From positions 1-37,522 of IMG/VR virus record IMGVR_UViG_3300022670_000561: a DNA stretch of 37,522 nucleotides; one strand, written 5' to 3'. The position numbers and the translations under genes were made by a program. Shown here piece by piece: positions 1 through 8,792 of this stretch. The notes beneath the pieces were generated by a model, which did not search any database, was not told where the DNA came from, and was given only the letters and a program-made list of their open reading frames with translations. The stretch comes from a virus. Its lineage: Duplodnaviria; Caudoviricetes. Position 1 is the stretch's first letter, and every line of letters starts with the position of its first letter.

Positions 1-1074
1 CGGCGCGAGAAGCAAGCTCAGATAGCGTATAGAAAAGAAGCGGAAACGGCGGTTTTAGCGGCTGTAGAAAGCCGTGACCCCAAGCAGATTGAACGCGCCA
101 TGATCAAATACCCTGAATTCAGAGATGTTACACGTGAAACATTCGGGTTAGCTAATGAGCGGACCGAAGCTATTGTTACGGAAACTTATAGGCGAATTAT
201 TGCGGACCCTGAAAGGGCTGAAGATTCTTTAGAATCAGGCATCCGAGAAGTGGCGGCCGAAGGCGGGCAACCCACTAACATGCTTAAGGATTTGGAAGCT
301 TTTGGGCGTGATCCTGAGAAAGCTTTATTAGATGTCAAGCTTGGCGTCGCACGAATGGACCCTGCGTTGTCAAAAGAATGGCGAGAAATATCTGAGCCTA
401 AGGATACAGTATTAAAGATGGGCTCAGGTGCCATGGCGGGTTATTCCTTTGACGATGCTACAGGTGAGTTCAGCATTCAGCCTGAAATCCAGGCCATGCT
501 TGACGCAAAGACAAAAAAGATGTTGGCAGATAAGAAAGGTGATGAATTCGGGTTTAAAGAAAAACGCGGAATTTCAAGCGATGTAACAAAGTTAATTTCG
601 TCATCTCAAAAAATACACCAATCAACGTTAGCCATGGAAGCGCTTAGAGGCTCAGGATCGCCAGCGGCTCAAATTGCCGCTGTGTATACGTTTATGAAAG
701 CGCTTGATGAAGGCTCGACAGTTAGAACGCCGGAACAAGAGCAAGTATACGAGGCTCGTGGTGCGGCAATAGGACTATATAACAAGCTTAATAAATTGCT
801 GAGCAAAGGTGGCTTGTCTGACACAGGATTTGACGATCTTGTGGACACGGCCAGAGTATTAGCTAACAGAGCGTTGAGTTCGACAAACACGGCGGTTGAT
901 AGTTTCCTTAAAGGTTTCGGTGATGCAATCCCAGGCGATTTCTCAGAGCTTCAAATGAAGCGGATACCTGGATTGTTTGACATAAAGAAATCAGGACAAG
1001 GTGCCGCGCTGTCACATGATGAGATAGCAAAAAGATATCATGTCTCTGCAGACCCTGAAGATTTGATAGATTAG
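1..1074 (+). CDS. DNA ejection/internal virion protein (P22 gp20-like position), 5'-partial
   Basis: Frame is open from base 1 (RREKQAQIAYRKEAE...), so it extends beyond the ATG at 100. Helical composition; lies just before a gp16-like gene and the tailspike, as in P22. Confidence 0.65.
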   Translation, partial: RREKQAQIAYRKEAETAVLAAVESRDPKQIERAMIKYPEFRDVTRETFGLANERTEAIVTETYRRIIADPERAEDSLESGIREVAAEGGQPTNMLKDLEAFGRDPEKALLDVKLGVARMDPALSKEWREISEPKDTVLKMGSGAMAGYSFDDATGEFSIQPEIQAMLDAKTKKMLADKKGDEFGFKEKRGISSDVTKLISSSQKIHQSTLAMEALRGSGSPAAQIAAVYTFMKALDEGSTVRTPEQEQVYEARGAAIGLYNKLNKLLSKGGLSDTGFDDLVDTARVLANRALSSTNTAVDSFLKGFGDAIPGDFSELQMKRIPGLFDIKKSGQGAALSHDEIAKRYHVSADPEDLID

Positions 1075-1084
1075 GAGTTAACGC

Positions 1085-3106
1085 GTGTCGTTAAATGATT
1101 ACAGCAAAGAAGAATTGTTTGGAATGCTGACGCAAGCGGCAGAGGCAAACGATGAGTCAAGCGCTAATGAAATATCTGACGTCTTGAGAGAAAAGCAGGG
1201 CTTAACAAAGCCTGGTTTCTTGCAGAAAGCCATGGGAGCCATTGGCAGTGCAGCGGGCGCTGTTAGTGACGTGTTCACGGGTGCGGATCGTGCTACAGAC
1301 GTCACGGAGCAGCTCCCTGAGCTGCACCAGTCTGGATTGTTATCTAATGTCGACCCATGGTTAATAGCCAAGATATCACCAGCCATTCTGACAGCGACAT
1401 CGACTCAAGAAATTTCAGACATTATCACGTCAAATGTACCTGATATAATTGAGGGTGAGAGTATTGACGCTCAGGGGAACGTGTTCCCCGTGTTGACGAA
1501 CAGAGTAACCGGCGCGGCAACGATGATTAACCGCCCTGGATTATCACCATACGACATACTTCAAGGTCTGGGTATTGTAGCCGCGCATGCACCGGCGGCT
1601 AGAGTTGCCAAAGGTGCGGGGCTGCTTAAAGGAGCGTTCCAAGTAGGCGCTAAATCCCTCGGAATAGAAGCGGGCTTACAAGGCGTCCAGCAAGCCGCTG
1701 GTGGAGCATTTGACCCGTTGGATGTTGCGTTAGCTGGAGGCATGGGCGCAGGCGGAAAAGCTCTTGAGAAGGCTATGACCATAGGATCACGCTTGATTCG
1801 AGGGCAGCCCAAGCCGCAGGCCCAGGCTGCTGTAGAATTTGGCGAGCAGGCGGGTGCTCCTGTATTTACAGCGGATGTAGTGCCACCAACAACATTTGCT
1901 GGAAAATCAGGGCTAACTTTAGCTGAAAAAATACCATTGGCTGGCACCGGTGGAATTCGAGCAGCACAACAAGAGAAACGAAGCGAGCTAGTCAAAGAAT
2001 ATGTCAAAAACTTTGGTGAGTTTAGTCCGAGTGAGGTTTATCAGAGCCTTGAGCGACAAACAAGCAAGATTAAGCGTGCAGCGGGTAATCGACGCGGCAA
2101 TATTATTGATCAGTTGGAAGGCACAAACGTAACCAGCACCGGTGCAATTGATGCAATTGATAAAGAGATCGGGCGGTTATCAAAAACAGCAGGTACGGGT
2201 CAGCTAAAGAAAACGGCTGACACTCAAACAATTGGGGTGCTTGAAAATTATAGAGACGATCTTGTAGCCGATCCTACATTTGCGAATTTAGAAGAACTTA
2301 GAACGACTTTCAGAGAGTCAGTAAAGCTGGGCGCAAAAGGTGACAGAATCGTTTTACCTAACCGCGCAGAGTCTTCTGTTCAGCGTATCTATGGTGCTAT
2401 GACTGAAGATATGGATAAAACCGTATTAGAGAACTTAGGCCCTCAAACTAAAACGAAATGGAAACAAGCCAATGCGATCTATGCTAATGAAGTATTAAAA
2501 GTCAAAAATACACGTTTAAAGAATATTTTAAAAAAGGGTGAGCTTACGCCTGAAGCTGCAAATACAATGCTTTACAGCAATAAGCCTAGTGAGTTCATGA
2601 CGTTATTTAAGTCACTCGATAATAAAGGCAAGTCAGCGGCGCGCGGTGGGTTAATTGCCAAGGCATGGGAAAAGGCTGGGGATTCACCCGACCGATTTCT
2701 GAACAACATCAATAAGATATCAAAGCAAACGGGCGTATCATTTATCGGCAAAGACAAGGTCTATTTAAAGGGGTTAAAAAATTATCTCTCACATACGAAA
2801 CGCGCGGCTCAGGCTGCTGTTACGACGAAGACGGGTCAAGAAGTCCAAATATATGCTGTTGTCGCTTCTGTTCTGACTGATGTTATGACAGCGACAAAAG
2901 GGGTGATAACAGGAACGGCGGCAATGTACGGCGTAATGGCCAAGATGTACGAAGGTAAAGCCGTGCGCAACGCAATGATGAAGCTTGCCAACACTAAACC
3001 TGGCGAGGTGCCCTTTGAGCGTGCTATAGTTGACATAAATGAGAGAATTTTACCTTTAATACAAACACAGAAGACAGAAAAGGACAAAAAGAGTGGCAGA
3101 AACTAA
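1085..3106 (+). CDS. Large DNA ejection protein (P22 gp16-like)
   Basis: 673 aa with Ala/Gly-rich amphipathic segments; GTG start with AGGAG RBS; position immediately before the tailspike gene. Confidence 0.7.
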   Translation: MSLNDYSKEELFGMLTQAAEANDESSANEISDVLREKQGLTKPGFLQKAMGAIGSAAGAVSDVFTGADRATDVTEQLPELHQSGLLSNVDPWLIAKISPAILTATSTQEISDIITSNVPDIIEGESIDAQGNVFPVLTNRVTGAATMINRPGLSPYDILQGLGIVAAHAPAARVAKGAGLLKGAFQVGAKSLGIEAGLQGVQQAAGGAFDPLDVALAGGMGAGGKALEKAMTIGSRLIRGQPKPQAQAAVEFGEQAGAPVFTADVVPPTTFAGKSGLTLAEKIPLAGTGGIRAAQQEKRSELVKEYVKNFGEFSPSEVYQSLERQTSKIKRAAGNRRGNIIDQLEGTNVTSTGAIDAIDKEIGRLSKTAGTGQLKKTADTQTIGVLENYRDDLVADPTFANLEELRTTFRESVKLGAKGDRIVLPNRAESSVQRIYGAMTEDMDKTVLENLGPQTKTKWKQANAIYANEVLKVKNTRLKNILKKGELTPEAANTMLYSNKPSEFMTLFKSLDNKGKSAARGGLIAKAWEKAGDSPDRFLNNINKISKQTGVSFIGKDKVYLKGLKNYLSHTKRAAQAAVTTKTGQEVQIYAVVASVLTDVMTATKGVITGTAAMYGVMAKMYEGKAVRNAMMKLANTKPGEVPFERAIVDINERILPLIQTQKTEKDKKSGRN

Positions 3107-3656
3107 TGAAGTACTGAGTCCGTTTCCTTATTATGCGGACCCGACCAGAGGGCGTCCTGTAACTAATGGTTTTTTGTTCATTGGTGAAGCGGGCAGTTTA
3201 GACCCTCGGGCCACAGTCAATCAAAAAACAGTGACGGCCATACAAGCTGATCAATCGACGTTCACCATTGGCCAGCCGATCCAGCTAGGCGCTGGTGGCT
3301 TGGCTGAATTTAACGGTACTCCTGTGGTTCTGCAAGTCGAGGGCGCATATTCAATTCTGGTAACCGATAGCAACAAAAACCAAGTATTGTTTTTTGACAC
3401 GGTTGTAAATGGCACCGCACCTTCTTTGCTGATACGTAATATCTTTTCTGATGTCAATTTAGGTATTCCAAGGCGGCTCATCAATGCAACTTTGTTTGCG
3501 GCAAATACACTGTTTATTGATCTTTATAACGCTAATACACCATTCATTGATTACGGTGTATTCACTGAGCCATCACCATTCGAATTATCGGATTTACCTG
3601 TTAATAGAATCGACTATTTTCAAGGCAATTCCATCATAGATTTTGGAGAAATTTAA
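3093..3656 (+). CDS. Tailspike head-binding domain adaptor protein
   Basis: N-terminal ~105 aa resemble the P22 tailspike head-binding domain (V.NG.LFIG...DP...NQ..V...QPI.....G...NG..V......YS..V.D....QV). Short C-terminus with ID(Y/F)G-type motifs; no beta-helix. Confidence 0.85.
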   Translation: MAETNEVLSPFPYYADPTRGRPVTNGFLFIGEAGSLDPRATVNQKTVTAIQADQSTFTIGQPIQLGAGGLAEFNGTPVVLQVEGAYSILVTDSNKNQVLFFDTVVNGTAPSLLIRNIFSDVNLGIPRRLINATLFAANTLFIDLYNANTPFIDYGVFTEPSPFELSDLPVNRIDYFQGNSIIDFGEI

Positions 3657-4768
3657 TGTCAGATCAGGTACAAATTAAAGGCGGTTCAACTTCAGCTCAT
3701 TCCTCATTTACAGGAGCAGAAAGAGAGTTAACCGTAGATACAGATAAAAAAGCTATTGTTGTTCATGATGGTGTGACAATAGGCGGGTTTCCGCAAGCTG
3801 TTCAACAAAGGGTTGATAATGGCACTAGACTCTATACTGATGCCGTTGGCAGCGGTTCAATTGCAGACAGTTACATATTTGAACCAAAAGATACCAGCTT
3901 TTTGCCGGATGTTTATGAAGATGGCTTACAGTTCACTTGTTTCATTGAAAACCCAAATACTGGCGTAGCCGTAACAATCGATCTCATTGGCCTGGGGCCA
4001 ACGGATACGCGGACTCAGGATGGCTCTATACCTATAGCTGGCACTATAAGCGGCTATACCACTTTTGCTTTTAACGACACGGCTGGACGTATTGATATTA
4101 TTCCGAGGGGAGAGGATAATATTGTTACGTTAGTTACATTAAACACAGTGTATATTACTGCAACAGGCGCATATAATCCATCTCTTGGCACAGTATATAT
4201 TAAATTTACTCCTACTGCCGGTGGCGGCGGTGGCGGCGGTGTTGATGGGCAAGGAGCAGGAACAACAGCAAATGGCCACCCTGGTGCGGCTGGAGGAACT
4301 TTAATAAAAGAAACAAGCATTATTGAGGCATCTTATGCAATCGCTATTGGCGCTGGAGGAATTGCTGGCCCTTCTGGCTCTAATTCTGGCGGGAATGGAG
4401 GTGATACAACAATTACATCTGTTAATGTCAATACAACTAGTTTTGGTGGTCCGGGTGGCACTGGTGTGACTGGGACGTCTGGTGACTTAGGGCTAGGAAA
4501 TATAGTATTAGGAGGGTCAACATCAGGGGGCGATATAGAAATTATCGGCGGTCCGGGCATCCAAGGTGGTGTTGTTGGTGGCAAAATTTCAAGCACGGGT
4601 CAATCGGGTCAATCATATTGGGGTCCTGGTGGGCACCGCTTGAGTTTGAATGCTTCAAATAAAGGAAGCGGTGGTGGTTCACAAATAATATCTGGAGTTG
4701 CAACCAACTTTGCTGGCGGTGCTGGTGCCCCCGGTATTGTTGTAGCTCAAGAGTTAATAAATATCTAA
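3656..4768 (+). CDS. Receptor-binding/tail fiber protein: Mtd N-terminal-like domain plus glycine-rich C-terminal domain
   Basis: MSDQVQIKGGSTSAHSSFTGAERELTVDTDKKAIVVHDGVTIGGFP closely resembles the N-terminus of Bordetella phage BPP-1 Mtd. C-terminal GGGGGG...GGAGAPGIVV region. TAATG coupling to the adaptor gene. Confidence 0.8.
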   Translation: MSDQVQIKGGSTSAHSSFTGAERELTVDTDKKAIVVHDGVTIGGFPQAVQQRVDNGTRLYTDAVGSGSIADSYIFEPKDTSFLPDVYEDGLQFTCFIENPNTGVAVTIDLIGLGPTDTRTQDGSIPIAGTISGYTTFAFNDTAGRIDIIPRGEDNIVTLVTLNTVYITATGAYNPSLGTVYIKFTPTAGGGGGGGVDGQGAGTTANGHPGAAGGTLIKETSIIEASYAIAIGAGGIAGPSGSNSGGNGGDTTITSVNVNTTSFGGPGGTGVTGTSGDLGLGNIVLGGSTSGGDIEIIGGPGIQGGVVGGKISSTGQSGQSYWGPGGHRLSLNASNKGSGGGSQIISGVATNFAGGAGAPGIVVAQELINI

Positions 4769-4793
4769 CAAGAACCCCTCCGTTATGGAGGGG
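4767..4793 (-). terminator. Intrinsic terminator between converging tail and leftward operons
   Basis: CCCCTCC-GTTAT-GGAGGGG hairpin (4775-4793), followed on the minus strand by TTCTTGTT. Confidence 0.75.
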
Positions 4794-4807
4794 CAATGTC
4801 TCGCTGG

Positions 4808-5113
4808 CTACGATTGGTTGTTGTAGAAATCAGGGTCAGTAATTTTAAAAGGTATTTTGTCTAACCTTTTCTCGACTCTTTCAAGGCGTTTATCGATTAT
4901 CTCTATTGAGTTGAAAAGTTGTGAAAATTTAGCATCATAAAGAATCGTGATCTTTTCAAGAATTGATATAATTCCCGCCCAATTAAAAAAAACAGTTAAT
5001 AAAATTAATTGTTTATTGCTTAATGCGTTAACCTCCCAATTGCCACCCCAGCTCCATGATGAGAAAGCCCACATATAAAAAAACAATCCAGCTATAATTA
5101 TATATTTATTCAT
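4808..5113 (-). CDS. Hypothetical membrane protein (2 TM segments plus coiled coil)
   Basis: Likely start MNKYIIIAG at 5113 (TAATG overlap with the upstream gene); two hydrophobic segments. Confidence 0.6.
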   Translation of the reverse strand: MNKYIIIAGLFFYMWAFSSWSWGGNWEVNALSNKQLILLTVFFNWAGIISILEKITILYDAKFSQLFNSIEIIDKRLERVEKRLDKIPFKITDPDFYNNQS

Positions 5114-5307
5114 TACTCTATCCGTATAACTTGATACGCGGAGTAAACCGGCACATTGACGCCCCATTTCTTGAAGTCTGAGGGCTCGGCGTTGCAGTTA
5201 GAAGTAAAATGCAATACTGCGGCTATCAGCAGCAAACAGAAAACAATGCTTATGGTGCATGATTTAAAGGTGTTTTTAAACTCTTGTATTACTCGGTAAT
5301 CATTCAT
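5113..5307 (-). CDS. Small hypothetical membrane protein
   Basis: AAAAGGATGATAC RBS; one TM segment. Confidence 0.6.
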   Translation of the reverse strand: MNDYRVIQEFKNTFKSCTISIVFCLLLIAAVLHFTSNCNAEPSDFKKWGVNVPVYSAYQVIRIE

Positions 5308-5310
5308 TTT

Positions 5311-5339
5311 GTATCATCCTTTTAGTTAGTGTCGCTAGC
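5311..5339 (-). repeat. Leader/RBS repeat, copy A
   Basis: 28/29 nt identical to 6559-6587. Confidence 0.9.
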
Positions 5340-5343
5340 AACA

Positions 5344-5586
5344 CTATTTCATAGCGAGTGCAATTATATTTTCATTTAAAGCTTGGGTAGTTTCGAGCAA
5401 TCCCGTTATTTGAGCTTCATTGTTTTCTATACGTCTCTCTATTGCTTCCAGTTTTCTTTTCATCTGTTCGTCAATTTTTTTTATAGATTTAATATCATTA
5501 AGAACCTCATCCGTTTCCACTTTCCATCCCTGCACCACCGTAATCAGGTCATCAATTTTTTCTATAGTCGCGTTATATTCTTTCAT
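5344..5586 (-). CDS. Coiled-coil hypothetical protein
   Basis: AAGGATGACAC RBS; EKIDDLI...GWK motif shared with 6202-6555. Confidence 0.65.
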   Translation of the reverse strand: MKEYNATIEKIDDLITVVQGWKVETDEVLNDIKSIKKIDEQMKRKLEAIERRIENNEAQITGLLETTQALNENIIALAMK

Positions 5587-6020
5587 TATGTGTCATCCTT
5601 ATAGTTAATGGCGTTTACAATATTGTTGTTTTCTAGCTCGGTTAATGGGTCTATTGTTATGTATTCATGATTACGATATTTACCATTATCATCTATAAAA
5701 TAAACATTTATACATAGAGCTTTGGCAATATCAACAAGTTCTCCGTCGCTCATAGGAAAATCAAAGTCGACTTTTTCAATTTTGACAAGTTTTGTTATTG
5801 AAATATTTGTTTTTGAAGATAGCCAGTCAAGATGCAATCCTTTTTCTTCTCGATGTTTTTTTATTTTCTCGCCAATTGCTAACCGGGTCCCATTTGAATC
5901 CCCTTCAAAATTTCTTTCTCGCCGTATCTTTTGAATAGAGCGGTCAATATGTTTCTTTATTCCTTCGAGTTCTTCCTCAAATAATGTGTGCAGTTCGTTG
6001 TTATTCATTGTTAGGAGCAC
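5586..6020 (-). CDS. XRE-family HTH domain protein
   Basis: IGEKIKKHREEKGLHLDWLSSKTNISITKLVKIEK...LVDIAKAL is a typical HTH_3 pattern. Confidence 0.8.
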   Translation of the reverse strand: MLLTMNNNELHTLFEEELEGIKKHIDRSIQKIRRERNFEGDSNGTRLAIGEKIKKHREEKGLHLDWLSSKTNISITKLVKIEKVDFDFPMSDGELVDIAKALCINVYFIDDNGKYRNHEYITIDPLTELENNNIVNAINYKDDT

Positions 6021-6205
6021 TCACCAACTAAATAAAAAATTACCCCTAGTATCACTAACAAAGTGCAAAAAAAGATAAACGTCCAGGAGGCCGCGCTATC
6101 CCAAAGTTTTTTAATGTCTTTGTTATTCTGCAAAGCCATACAAGCAATAGCGTCTAGCTTTGTGCTGTCGTCTATATCTCGTGCTGCGATTTCTTCTTTA
6201 GTCAT
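6011..6205 (-). CDS. Small protein with C-terminal TM helix
   Basis: AAAAGGATGGCAC RBS; ATGA overlap; hydrophobic C-terminus. Confidence 0.6.
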   Translation of the reverse strand: MTKEEIAARDIDDSTKLDAIACMALQNNKDIKKLWDSAASWTFIFFCTLLVILGVIFYLVGECS

Positions 6206-6555
6206 TGTGTGCCATCCTTTTCTAAGATTGAGATTCTATCATCCATATCGGCCATGGTTTTATTTGCTCCAATTCTCCATTTCTCCATTTCTTCTTTGCT
6301 TTTAAACCATTCTTTCTTCCAAGCTGATATCAAGTTAATAACTTCTTCAATTTTTTCCTTCTCCATTTCGTCATCCTTACGTTCGCTTTCCAGTTCAGCT
6401 ACTCTATCTTTGAGTAAAAGCACTTCAGCGCTTATCCTCTTTGCCCACTCCAAACGATGTTCACCTCCTTCTTTAATTTCTTCAAATGTTGAAGAAAAAT
6501 TTTCTTTAATAATTAGGGTTATTTCTTCCGTCATTTTTAATATATCGTTATCCAT
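6202..6555 (-). CDS. Coiled-coil hypothetical protein
   Basis: Follows the repeated leader; heptad-like helical composition. Confidence 0.65.
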   Translation of the reverse strand: MDNDILKMTEEITLIIKENFSSTFEEIKEGGEHRLEWAKRISAEVLLLKDRVAELESERKDDEMEKEKIEEVINLISAWKKEWFKSKEEMEKWRIGANKTMADMDDRISILEKDGTQ

Positions 6556-6558
6556 CGG

Positions 6559-6598
6559 GTATCATCCTTTTAGTTAGTGTTGCTAGCTGCGATTGATT
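6559..6598 (-). repeat. Leader/RBS repeat, copy B
   Basis: Shares 28/29 nt with 5311-5339 and a perfect 21-mer TGTTGCTAGCTGCGATTGATT (6578-6598) with 19671-19691. Confidence 0.9.
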
Positions 6599-6601
6599 TT
6601 T

Positions 6602-6697
6602 TTAAGTTTGAGTGATGGCAACTACAATCAAAATTATAGCCAGGGCCATCAGTATTAAACAGAGAATTTTCCCTATCGTGTCCAGGATTCTATCCAT
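6602..6697 (-). CDS. 31-aa membrane peptide (not in ORF track)
   Basis: MDRILDTIGKILCLILMALAIILIVVAITQT; overlaps the end of 6690-6914 and fills the gap to the next leader. Confidence 0.55.
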   Translation of the reverse strand: MDRILDTIGKILCLILMALAIILIVVAITQT

Positions 6698-6914
6698 TAT
6701 CGTTATCGTGGGTTTCTTTTATCCCGTCCGCCATAATCTTAACCCTTTCACGATACTGATCACAACAATCCTGAAGAACCTCTACGGATGTCTGTAGTAT
6801 GAGCAATAATGCATCTGTATGATGAATTAACGAATCATACAACTCTCTATCTCCTAAATTCTTTATTGTTCCTTGAGCTAATTGCTCTAATTCTTTTAGA
6901 GTAAGGTTATTCAT
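6690..6914 (-). CDS. Hypothetical protein, paralog of 7181-7426
   Basis: Shared TLKELE.LA...I..LG and LQDCC.QYR.R.KIM.DGIKE.H.NDN motifs. Confidence 0.75.
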   Translation of the reverse strand: MNNLTLKELEQLAQGTIKNLGDRELYDSLIHHTDALLLILQTSVEVLQDCCDQYRERVKIMADGIKETHDNDNG

Positions 6915-7200
6915 TAGCGTTATCCTGCGCGTTGTTAATTATGATTTGTGCAATTGTCTTGTTTAAAATAATAATTGTATGGTCGAGTTTGTCGGCCGGT
7001 ATTTCGTCTACAATAATGTCAACAGACGGTCCATTTATTGTACAATCTGGGTGCTCTATTTTAAACATAGCTAAGTTTCGGTAAATTTCTGAGTACCTAT
7101 CTTTAAACACAATCTGTGATGATTCCGGTAATTTCTTTACCTCATCTTTGATATACTGCCTTGAGCGTTTTTGCTGTTCTTCATTCATTATCGTTACCAT
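6907..7200 (-). CDS. Hypothetical protein
   Basis: Overlaps neighbours within the operon. Confidence 0.6.
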   Translation of the reverse strand: MVTIMNEEQQKRSRQYIKDEVKKLPESSQIVFKDRYSEIYRNLAMFKIEHPDCTINGPSVDIIVDEIPADKLDHTIIILNKTIAQIIINNAQDNANE

Positions 7201-7426
7201 GCATTTCTTTTATGCCATCCTCCATTATTTTAATCCTTGCTCGATACTGATTGCAGCAATCTTGAAGAGTATCTACAGATTTGTTCAGTATGCAGACTAA
7301 TTCATTCAGATGAGAGCTTAACGCATCTGCTAACTGTTCATTCCCTAAAGTTCTTATTGCGCTTTCCGCTAAATCCTCTAATTCTTTTAGAGTTATTTTT
7401 TCCACTCTTAGTGTTATTTTATCCAA
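7181..7426 (-). CDS. Hypothetical protein, paralog of 6690-6914
   Basis: Same motifs as 6690-6914. Confidence 0.75.
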   Translation of the reverse strand: MDKITLRVEKITLKELEDLAESAIRTLGNEQLADALSSHLNELVCILNKSVDTLQDCCNQYRARIKIMEDGIKEMHGNDNE

Positions 7427-7640
7427 TTTCGATATTCTCTTTTAGCAAAGCTAACGTCTCAGCGTGTTCATCCCCGCATAACTTTTCTAGTAGATCGGTT
7501 GCCAAGTCAATCTTTTTCTGCATTTCATCGATTAATTTAACATGCCTCTTTAGACAAAATGCGGCGGTTCCTACCCATGCTCGTAGCTCAGTGTCCATCC
7601 ATTTAATAGTTTCTTCAATTTTTTCTTGATCCATTAACAT
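7419..7640 (-). CDS. Hypothetical helical protein
   Basis: AGGGGGATG RBS; overlapping operon arrangement. Confidence 0.6.
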   Translation of the reverse strand: MLMDQEKIEETIKWMDTELRAWVGTAAFCLKRHVKLIDEMQKKIDLATDLLEKLCGDEHAETLALLKENIEIG

Positions 7641-7851
7641 CCCCTTGTTTTTTTATGCTCTCTTCAAGTTTTTTAATTCTGTCAAAATACGTTTCATGAG
7701 ATTCTTTTAAACGATCCAAGGCATAGTATAAAGTCTCAAATGAGATTCCACTATCATGCATATACCTTTTTAAATCTTTTGCCGGTAAAGATAAAAATTC
7801 AATCATACTGATTGTGTATTTTGACAAAATTTTCAACCCATCGTCATCCAT
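7615..7851 (-). CDS. Hypothetical protein
   Basis: TAAGGATAG RBS; C-terminus Y..RIK.LEESIK resembles the 6690/7181 paralogs. Confidence 0.6.
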   Translation of the reverse strand: MDDDGLKILSKYTISMIEFLSLPAKDLKRYMHDSGISFETLYYALDRLKESHETYFDRIKKLEESIKKQGDVNGSRKN

Positions 7852-7865
7852 TTTTCTATCCTTAT

Positions 7866-7925
7866 TTAAACAAAGTGATCAATAATAATTATTAAAATAG
7901 CGATGATTAGGACAGCTATTTTCAT
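7866..7925 (-). CDS. Possible 19-aa hydrophobic peptide (not in ORF track)
   Basis: MKIAVLIIAILIIIIDHFV fills an intergenic gap; RBS is weak. Confidence 0.35.
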   Translation of the reverse strand: MKIAVLIIAILIIIIDHFV

Positions 7926-7954
7926 TGGCCTGGGTATATAAGAGAGGGGCTTTT

Positions 7955-8356
7955 TCATTTTAATCTTTCAGCGTGACAGTGCATATCATTAAAACGGATG
8001 ATCGGATGACATGGATCAAAGATAGAGTTTGACGCTGAGTATTTTAATATTATTTTGCCGTTGTCAGTTTTCGGGCCTCTAACGAGATAGGCGATATTCA
8101 TACTGTAATTGCGAGGCGGAGTCATTGGCGGTGCAGGATAAAAACCGTCGTGCTCTCTTTCGTATCCTTTTGCATAAATGCTGTCTGATAATCCTGTTCG
8201 TGTGTCAGACGCCCCGTTATTAATAAATAATATAAATTCAACACAGCAAGTCTGGTCAACTTTAAAATTGAAATTAAAATAAACATGGTATAAATCCCCA
8301 AGAGATTCATCAATCACATTGCCCAGCGGTATGCTGCATCCTTCTATTTCTAACAT
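7955..8356 (-). CDS. Hypothetical beta-rich protein
   Basis: 133-aa ORF with GGGA RBS, downstream of a promoter and a structured RNA element. Confidence 0.55.
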   Translation of the reverse strand: MLEIEGCSIPLGNVIDESLGDLYHVYFNFNFKVDQTCCVEFILFINNGASDTRTGLSDSIYAKGYEREHDGFYPAPPMTPPRNYSMNIAYLVRGPKTDNGKIILKYSASNSIFDPCHPIIRFNDMHCHAERLK

Positions 8357-8376
8357 TGCTTTATCCCGTGTATATT

Positions 8377-8489
8377 AAAAGCGAGGTGATGGCCAACTGA
8401 TTTCCGACACAAGGATGAAATGTAACGTAGCAGCTTCCGTCGAATCAAAAGGGCAATTTCATTATGATTAAACGGTCTACCATCACCTC
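8377..8489 (-). ncRNA. Candidate structured small RNA or 5' leader
   Basis: Ends pair via a perfect 10-bp stem GAGGTGATGG/CCATCACCTC; starts at the predicted TSS; followed by GCUUUU. Confidence 0.55.
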
Positions 8490-8496
8490 AAAACCA

Positions 8497-8525
8497 AGTA
8501 TACACACGAAATGGATGCGGGTCAA
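8497..8525 (-). promoter_or_regulatory. Sigma70-type promoter
   Basis: TTGACC-17nt-TATACT on the minus strand. Confidence 0.75.
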
Positions 8526-8543
8526 GAGTATTTGATATTTATT

Positions 8544-8792
8544 TTAAGTACGGTGCAGATAGACTAATATAGCAGCCAACTGATTAACACGTTTGAATAC
8601 TTTGCCAGCTTCAATGTATTGAACTGTGCGTAGATTAATGCCAAGGGCCTTGGCAAATTTAGGCTGTGACAAGCCCAGATCAACTCGAATTTTAACAAAA
8701 TCAGACGGTGTCACTGTCGGTAATTTCGTTCCTTTTTTGTAATCCATCTTGATTAATTTGAAATTGAATTTCTTATCTAGAGATTTAGACAT
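8544..8792 (-). CDS. Small XRE-family HTH regulator
   Basis: IRVDLGLSQPKFAKALGINLRTVQYIEAG. Confidence 0.8.
   Translation of the reverse strand: MSKSLDKKFNFKLIKMDYKKGTKLPTVTPSDFVKIRVDLGLSQPKFAKALGINLRTVQYIEAGKVFKRVNQLAAILVYLHRT

Noticed and set aside
186-4796. Minus-strand ORFs within the ejection and tail genes
   Set aside because: Antisense shadows of well-supported + strand genes; the same applies to the shadows inside dnaB, terL, portal and scaffold.
3656-4800. Diversity-generating retroelement suggested by the Mtd_N domain
   Set aside because: No reverse transcriptase, Avd or adenine-variant TR/VR pair seen in the window; the C-terminus is Gly-rich rather than a C-type lectin.
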